This document shows positions 58,265 to 64,000 of a stretch of 64,000 nt of DNA, piece by piece. The notes below the pieces were generated by a model. That model was not told where the DNA came from and did no database searches. It saw nothing but the letters and a program-made list of their open reading frames with translations. Made by a program: the position numbers and the translations under genes. This DNA is from a virus: positions 24,797-88,796 of IMG/VR virus record IMGVR_UViG_3300035698_006183. One strand, written 5' to 3'. Positions within the stretch are counted from its first letter, which is position 1. The number at the start of each line of letters is the position of its first letter.

Positions 58265-58836
58265 GTGACACATTAAAACGTATTCAAAAATACCGAGGAT
58301 ATCCTAATCCCCCTCTGGCAGGACCCTTGACAATATCTCTAATGGTTGATGCTTTTGCATTTATTGAAAGGTTTGATATACGAGTGGAGAAGATTGTTGG
58401 ATCAGGGCTCTTACATGAATTGATTCGGCAAACAAAAGAAGCAGGAGTTTATTCAGAAAGTAAACCCACTGGTAATTTATGGGGTGCTGACTTTGAGTTT
58501 GCAGATGTGTCTGATAAAAAAATATATCTTCTTGGGGAGTTAGCTTCGGAAGAGAAAACTTTTATAAATGAACATTGTACAATAAGTTGTATTGATACAG
58601 AGAGGACTTCAAAAGTTATTCAACAGAATACAATAGCTTTCTTGAAGACTTCAGAAGGCCAGGCTTTAGAATTAGCTTGGGAAAAATCTTGTCACCCTAT
58701 GGAACTCATCTGTCAAGACTGTGTGCCTAAAAACGAGTCTTGCTGGGAACCTCTTCTTGGGAAAGGTCATTGTCAGCGTTGTGGGAAAATTGCCCCTTGG
58801 TTTGGAGATATGGGGGGTAAGTCAAATGACAGTTAA
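58261..58836 (+). CDS. Hypothetical protein with capsid-A-domain-like N-terminal module and C-terminal Zn ribbon
   Basis: LTISLMVDAFAFIERFDIRVEKIV..NLWGADFEFADVSDKKIYLLGE; CQDC..CQRC. Confidence 0.55.
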   Translation: MSDTLKRIQKYRGYPNPPLAGPLTISLMVDAFAFIERFDIRVEKIVGSGLLHELIRQTKEAGVYSESKPTGNLWGADFEFADVSDKKIYLLGELASEEKTFINEHCTISCIDTERTSKVIQQNTIAFLKTSEGQALELAWEKSCHPMELICQDCVPKNESCWEPLLGKGHCQRCGKIAPWFGDMGGKSNDS

Positions 58837-59392
58837 GGTTATAAGTTATCAGGATTTCCGTCCAGTAGATGCCATAGACACGACATCTCGTAGCCGAACG
58901 TGGTCTCGTGGTTTGAGTCCCTTCTTCGTTGGACCTATTCCTTTGTGGGATGGTTCTTCGTCGGTGAACATGGAAAATGCTTGGCAATTCTCTAAAGTAT
59001 ATCCTGAACACGTTGGACCAGATGGGCTACCCTCAGATGTCTGGAAAGAATGGTCCCAGACAGGATGGGCAGATGAGCGGGCACACCGTTACCCAATGGG
59101 AAAAGGTGTAGCTCCTTTGTATTCCTGGTGGGGTGGTGAGAAGCTGTCCTATGTGGATGCCCGTAAAAAGATATATTTCCCGTTATATGCAAAAGCTGTG
59201 GTATTAACGGAGGCTTTTCAGACATTACAGAGAATATACGAGGCAGTAGGGTCAGTGACGTTGGTTGATTTCGACGGATATGACCACCGAGCATTAGGAT
59301 TGGATTGGAAAGGTGTGTTGAACAACACAAACAAACCGATGGGACATGCCTTTGTTATCGGGTATTTGCTGGAACAGTTGGGGACAACATGA
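58826..59392 (+). CDS. DUF6939-like (NADAR-related) protein
   Basis: LSPFFVGP, MENAWQFSKVY, YVDARKKIY, LVDFD and MGHAFV; start reassigned to ATG 58826. Confidence 0.6.
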   Translation: MTVKVISYQDFRPVDAIDTTSRSRTWSRGLSPFFVGPIPLWDGSSSVNMENAWQFSKVYPEHVGPDGLPSDVWKEWSQTGWADERAHRYPMGKGVAPLYSWWGGEKLSYVDARKKIYFPLYAKAVVLTEAFQTLQRIYEAVGSVTLVDFDGYDHRALGLDWKGVLNNTNKPMGHAFVIGYLLEQLGTT

Positions 59393-59874
59393 TTTTAGCT
59401 ATCACTGGCCACAGACCCAATAAGTTGGGAGGTTACGACCCGAACCCGACCAGCAAACAAGTTCAGAAAGCAATAGAACGAGCTCTTTTACTTCTAAAAC
59501 CTGATAAACTTATCACAGGAATGGCACTGGGAGTTGACCAATGGGCAGCTGCTTTGTGCATTCGACATAGCATTCCTTTTATTGCAGCCGTTCCTTGTAT
59601 GGAACATGAGATTAAGTGGAACGATAAATCCCAGGAGCTTTACTTCAGGTTGTTGAATAAAGCTGAGGAAGTGGTGGTTGTGACACAGACCCCATATAAT
59701 TCGAAGGTGATGCAGAAACGGAATGTCTGGATGGTAGACCATGCGGACACCCTTTTAGCTGTGTGGGATGGAAGCAAGAGTGGCACGGCCAATTGTATAG
59801 CCTCTGCTCGGAAACAAGGAAAGAAACTCTATCGAATCACCCCAGGTGATGATCTTTTGAAAGGAATGCCATGA
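59389..59874 (+). CDS. YspA/DUF1273-type SLOG family protein
   Basis: AITGHRP, ITGMALGVDQWAA, RNVWMVD, AVWDGSKSGTANC. Confidence 0.88.
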   Translation: MILAITGHRPNKLGGYDPNPTSKQVQKAIERALLLLKPDKLITGMALGVDQWAAALCIRHSIPFIAAVPCMEHEIKWNDKSQELYFRLLNKAEEVVVVTQTPYNSKVMQKRNVWMVDHADTLLAVWDGSKSGTANCIASARKQGKKLYRITPGDDLLKGMP

Positions 59875-60353
59875 GTGACGACAAAAAACCCCGAGACCCT
59901 GTAATCAAAAAAGATAATGGTTGGTATTTTTCCGACGAAATATGGTCAGACACCATTGGACCTTTCGAGACTGAAGCTATGGCCAGACACCACTTAGAAG
60001 AATATGCCAAGTATCTGGATAAGGGTCCACCTGAAACTCAGTGTGCTACGATGGCAGAGTGGATTAACATCCTGGCTGATGCCCATGAAGAAAGTAAAAA
60101 GGTTACTCTAGCAGATGACCCTCCTAATCGTAGGTTAGGGTTCAGAGTTAAAGGTGCTATTTTTTCAGTTACTTTGCCTATGGTTCAAAGTCGAGGATGG
60201 AATACCCCAGAAGGTCTTGAAGCTCTGAAACGTATTGATTTCGATGACCATTCTTTTGGACACTCTATTCAGAGTCCTGGTGGTAGAGAAGCTCTTTTCA
60301 CAAAACTAGCCCACGTAAAAAGGAAATATTGCAGAGGAGGGGACAGGAAATGA
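59871..60353 (+). CDS. Hypothetical protein (160 aa)
   Basis: ATGA coupling; GWYFSDE.W..IGPFET motif. Confidence 0.6.
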   Translation: MSDDKKPRDPVIKKDNGWYFSDEIWSDTIGPFETEAMARHHLEEYAKYLDKGPPETQCATMAEWINILADAHEESKKVTLADDPPNRRLGFRVKGAIFSVTLPMVQSRGWNTPEGLEALKRIDFDDHSFGHSIQSPGGREALFTKLAHVKRKYCRGGDRK

Positions 60354-61150
60354 CAAGACTTGTAATGATGGGACACTGGACGACGTTCAACCGTATGTTG
60401 ACCATCAAAGATGAAATCGTTGGCCTCCCAAAATACCCTGGGGAATCAGATGAGAAACTTTTGGCTTTGATGCCGTGGGCAAAAGACCGAGCAGATGACC
60501 CCATCTCAATCTCTACGGCTATGAGGCCACTCCTGTCTTTGGGTGTTGATAAAGTTTTCCTACTTCTAAAAGTGAATGGACAACCTTACCAATACCAAGA
60601 AGGGCTGGAATATGGCCTTCGGGTGATGAAGCATGGTGCTCCTGATTATACTTCATCACATGAGCTCCTTCAAAATGCCTTAGATGACTTTAAAGATACA
60701 GGCGAAGAAAACCTTAAACTCACCCCTTTCAATGTTGCATCCAGTTGTCACACCACAATACAAGCCCGAATGAAACAGCAACGGAGAGAAGAACAGTGGG
60801 TTGATGAGGAGGACTGGCAGCTTCGAGAGTTCCTAAACGTGTTTGGGATGTTTCCTGCCGATGATGCAACTATGGCCCGTACCAAAGACTGGGAGGGCAC
60901 TCCTGAACAGGGTAAGCTAACAAGAGAACTGGTGTTTGAGGCTTTCTTCAAAGTACAGAAACCTACAACTATCATAACCTCAGAAGCTACAAGAGGGTCT
61001 CTTATTCATATGCTGGTGGGTCCTGATAACCATGAAGACTTGGGTGCAAATAATCTTTGTGGCGCTCACATGGAAGTTGGTGATGTCCCTGATGATCAGA
61101 TTTTTTTCATTGGTGAACATGACGTACAAAGGTTGGATATCACAGAATGA
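60350..61150 (+). CDS. Hypothetical protein with C-terminal module paralogous to the N-terminus of 58261..58836
   Basis: KLTRELVFEAFFKV..NLCGAHMEVGDVPDDQIFFIGE. Confidence 0.55.
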   Translation: MTRLVMMGHWTTFNRMLTIKDEIVGLPKYPGESDEKLLALMPWAKDRADDPISISTAMRPLLSLGVDKVFLLLKVNGQPYQYQEGLEYGLRVMKHGAPDYTSSHELLQNALDDFKDTGEENLKLTPFNVASSCHTTIQARMKQQRREEQWVDEEDWQLREFLNVFGMFPADDATMARTKDWEGTPEQGKLTRELVFEAFFKVQKPTTIITSEATRGSLIHMLVGPDNHEDLGANNLCGAHMEVGDVPDDQIFFIGEHDVQRLDITE

Positions 61151-62742
61151 TAGTTATTACTGTAGCTCGGAAACCATTTCCGAAGACACTGGTGGATAAC
61201 ATCCACCAGAATGGGACGGGTGCATTAAACATTGATGCCAGCCGTATAGCTCCCACTGGGGAATGGCTGGGCGGTGGTGATGAACATGCAGCTACCATAG
61301 ATAAAAAACGAAGTGACTGGAGCCAGCCGTGGATGCACCGACCTGAAGATGCCCAACGTCATGCCGACATGATGAAAGAGGACATCCGACGACATTCATT
61401 GATGGGTAGGTTCCCTTCAAACGTCATCTTCGAGCATAAGCCTGAGTGTCTCTCCTTGGGAACGGCCAAAGTCAAAGGTTCCCCGCAAGTTAACTTCGAC
61501 AAACTCCCTGTAGAAGAACGAAAAGCATCAGGAGAACAGCATGGCCAAATTTGGGGTCGTGGTCGTGGGATTGGTGTGAAGGGTGTCAGTTACACAGTAG
61601 GCTTTGGTGATGACTCTGGGATGGAATCTTTCCAGTCCTGGGAGTGTGTGGGTGATTGTCCTGTACGGCAGCTTGACGTACAGAGTGGTAGTTCCAAATC
61701 TACGGGTGGCCGGACGGCCAACATCTCCACTACTTCTGTTATCTTTGGTAATGGCCAAGGTCTGGGTCAAGATATTGATGCTGATGATGTACGAGGAGAC
61801 CCTGGTTTCGGTGACTTAGGTGGAGCTTCTCGGTATTTCAAACAAATAAAACCGTCTGGTTTAATAGTCCTGTCGTTATTCGACGGACTATCCTGTGGCC
61901 AGATTGCTTTGGAACGTGCCGGTGTGAAAGTATCTCGGTATTATGCTTCCGAAATTGATAAATATGCCATGCAGGTAACTCAGAAAAACTACCCTGAGAC
62001 AATACAGCTTGGTGATGCCACAAAAATCCAATCAGAAGAACTTCCGAAGATTGACCTGTTGATTGGTGGTTCCCCCTGCCAAGGGTTCAGTTTTGCTGGT
62101 AATGGCTTGAACTTTGAAGACCCTCGGAGTAAGTTGTTCTTTGAATTTGTTCGTCTTTTGAGAGAGTTGAAGCCTAAATACTTTCTCTTGGAAAACGTGA
62201 AGATGAAGAAAGAGTATGAGTATGCTATCACTGAATTACTCGGAGTAAGTTGTGTTCGAATAAACTCGTCGTTAGTTTCAGCTCAGAATAGGCAACGATT
62301 GTACTGGACAAACATCCCTGGAGATAGTGACTATGTAATTGGAAACTATATTGGTCAGCCCGAAGATAAAGGCATCCTCTTGAAGGACCTTCTTGAATCT
62401 GGGGTAGTAGATAGAGACAAATCTTATTGTTTGGATGCTAGTTACTACAAAGGTGGTAACTGGGAACAGTATATGAGAAAGAAACGACGGCAGGTTGTAT
62501 TCCCTGACCTTGATGCTTTGAAGCTGGCTCAGGAGTTATATAAACCTGAGAAGGGTGCTACCACAAAAGAAGATGTGAACCGTGTGAAGACTCGGCTCTT
62601 AACACCTCTGGAGTGTGAGAGAATACAAACTGTTCCTGATGGGTACACAGAAGGTGCCAGTAACACTCAGCGGTACAAGATGCTTGGAAATGGATGGACT
62701 GTGGACGTTATCGTTTACATTCTGAAAAATATATTGAGGTAG
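61147..62742 (+). CDS. C5-cytosine DNA methyltransferase fused to an N-terminal amino-MTase 'middle' module
   Basis: N-terminus ARKP..GTGALNID..GRFPSN..GGASRYFK; C-terminus LSLFDGLSCG, GGSPCQ, LENV, QNR, LGNGW. Confidence 0.88.
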   Translation: MIVITVARKPFPKTLVDNIHQNGTGALNIDASRIAPTGEWLGGGDEHAATIDKKRSDWSQPWMHRPEDAQRHADMMKEDIRRHSLMGRFPSNVIFEHKPECLSLGTAKVKGSPQVNFDKLPVEERKASGEQHGQIWGRGRGIGVKGVSYTVGFGDDSGMESFQSWECVGDCPVRQLDVQSGSSKSTGGRTANISTTSVIFGNGQGLGQDIDADDVRGDPGFGDLGGASRYFKQIKPSGLIVLSLFDGLSCGQIALERAGVKVSRYYASEIDKYAMQVTQKNYPETIQLGDATKIQSEELPKIDLLIGGSPCQGFSFAGNGLNFEDPRSKLFFEFVRLLRELKPKYFLLENVKMKKEYEYAITELLGVSCVRINSSLVSAQNRQRLYWTNIPGDSDYVIGNYIGQPEDKGILLKDLLESGVVDRDKSYCLDASYYKGGNWEQYMRKKRRQVVFPDLDALKLAQELYKPEKGATTKEDVNRVKTRLLTPLECERIQTVPDGYTEGASNTQRYKMLGNGWTVDVIVYILKNILR

Positions 62743-62745
62743 AGA

Positions 62746-63672
62746 ATGAACGTATTGTCGTTATTTGATGGGATGTCTTGTGGGCAGGTTGCCCTTAATA
62801 GACTGGGCATCAAGTACGGCAAGTATTATGCTTCGGAGATAGATAAATTTGCCATCCAGATAGCCCGGAAGAATTATCCTAAAACTATTCATCTTGGAGA
62901 TGTTACTCAGGTAAAGAATCTCCCACAAATAGATTTATTACTCGGTGGTTCTCCCTGTCAAGGCTTCAGTTTTGCTGGGAAGCAGTTGAATTTCAAAGAC
63001 CCTCGTAGCAAACTGTTCTTCGAGTTCGTCAGACTTCTGAAAGAATGTAAACCGAAATACTTCCTCCTGGAAAACGTGAGGATGAAGAAAGAACATCAAG
63101 CCATCATTACTGAGATGCTTGGTGTGAACTGTGTTTGTATTAACTCATCCTTAGTTTCAGCTCAGAACCGAAACAGGTTGTACTGGACGAATATCCCTGG
63201 AGATGGGGATTATGTTATTGGGAACTACATAGAGCAACCGGACAATAAGAAAATATATCTGAAGGACATAGTTGAACCTGGCAGGTTGAAAGAAAAAACC
63301 TACACCAGCAACCAGAACTTTCAGAAAAGTTTCACGGCAGACGGCACCCCTATTGTTTTCGACAGGTGTTTTAAAATAGGTGATGCTGACATGAATACTG
63401 ACTATGAGGCTATCAAACGTGTGTACTCAGTACATGGCAAATCACCCAGTCTGTTGACTATGCAGGGTGGGAACAGACAACCTAAGATAGCGGTAGATGA
63501 GAAGTATTACAGAATGCTGACTCCGTTAGAGTGTGAACGATTACAGACTCTGCCTGATGGTTATACCGAAGGTGTGAGTAACAGCCAACGATACAAAATG
63601 ATAGGGAATGGCTGGACTGTGGATGTCATAACCCACATTCTGAAGAATATACCCGAGGCAGATATCACATGA
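62746..63672 (+). CDS. C5-cytosine DNA methyltransferase
   Basis: LSLFDGMSCG, GGSPCQGFS, LENV, QNRNR, IGNGW. Confidence 0.93.
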   Translation: MNVLSLFDGMSCGQVALNRLGIKYGKYYASEIDKFAIQIARKNYPKTIHLGDVTQVKNLPQIDLLLGGSPCQGFSFAGKQLNFKDPRSKLFFEFVRLLKECKPKYFLLENVRMKKEHQAIITEMLGVNCVCINSSLVSAQNRNRLYWTNIPGDGDYVIGNYIEQPDNKKIYLKDIVEPGRLKEKTYTSNQNFQKSFTADGTPIVFDRCFKIGDADMNTDYEAIKRVYSVHGKSPSLLTMQGGNRQPKIAVDEKYYRMLTPLECERLQTLPDGYTEGVSNSQRYKMIGNGWTVDVITHILKNIPEADIT

Positions 63673-64000
63673 ACGTATTGTCCTTGTTCGACGGGATGTC
63701 CTGTGGACAGATTGCCCTCAACAGGCTTGGCATTAAGTATGAGAACTACTTTGCCAGTGAGGTGGATAAATATGCCATCCAAATCACCCAGAAAAACTAC
63801 CCTGACACCATTCAATTAGGTGATGTCACCCAAGTATTTGCCAAGGATTTACCAAAGATTGATCTTCTTATTGGAGGTTCACCCTGCCAAGGATTCAGCT
63901 TTGCGGGTAAAGGGTTGAATTTTAAAGACTCTCGAAGTAAACTGTTCTTCGAATTCGTTAGACTCCTGAAAGAATGTAAGCCGAAGTATTTCCTCCTTGA
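63669..64000 (+). CDS. C5-cytosine DNA methyltransferase, 3'-partial (not in the ORF track)
   Basis: ATGA overlap; manual translation MNVLSLFDGMSCGQIALNRLG...GGSPCQGFSFAG...KPKYFLL runs off the window. Confidence 0.92.
   Translation, partial: MNVLSLFDGMSCGQIALNRLGIKYENYFASEVDKYAIQITQKNYPDTIQLGDVTQVFAKDLPKIDLLIGGSPCQGFSFAGKGLNFKDSRSKLFFEFVRLLKECKPKYFLL

Noticed and set aside
1-64000. Stop-codon reassignment as seen in some jumbo phages
   Set aside because: Code 11 gives near-complete coding density, and TAA, TAG and TGA all end genes at sensible boundaries.
53635-64000. Complete restriction-modification system
   Set aside because: No endonuclease or specificity subunit is recognisable; the MTases are orphans.

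Overview
This 64-kb window is part of a large (jumbo-like) myovirus genome read in the standard genetic code. No tRNA, rRNA, CRISPR array, integrase or IS element was seen. Positions ~1-38.9 kb are a one-strand late module of baseplate and tail-appendage genes: gp25-like wedge, baseplate J-like, gpI-like, tail-collar-like, two paralogous giant baseplate proteins and beta-helix fibres. Positions ~38.9-44.7 kb hold small accessory genes, several aimed at the host envelope, including a 41-aa type IV prepilin-like peptide missing from the ORF track. Positions ~44.7-53.6 kb encode replication helicases (UvrD, SNF2, degenerate DnaC-like loader, DnaB). Positions ~53.6-64 kb form a DNA-modification and putative anti-defence island: an amino-methyltransferase split into complementary pieces, a sulfotransferase, Lar-like, DUF5662, NADAR-like and SLOG genes, two stand-alone capsid-A-domain-like modules, and at least 3 tandem C5 methyltransferases. 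A strictly spaced motif, GGCTTAG-N13-CGAGTTGTTG, occurs five times upstream of non-structural operons. GATC and GCGC look strongly avoided. All family assignments come from motif recognition by eye, not database searches.
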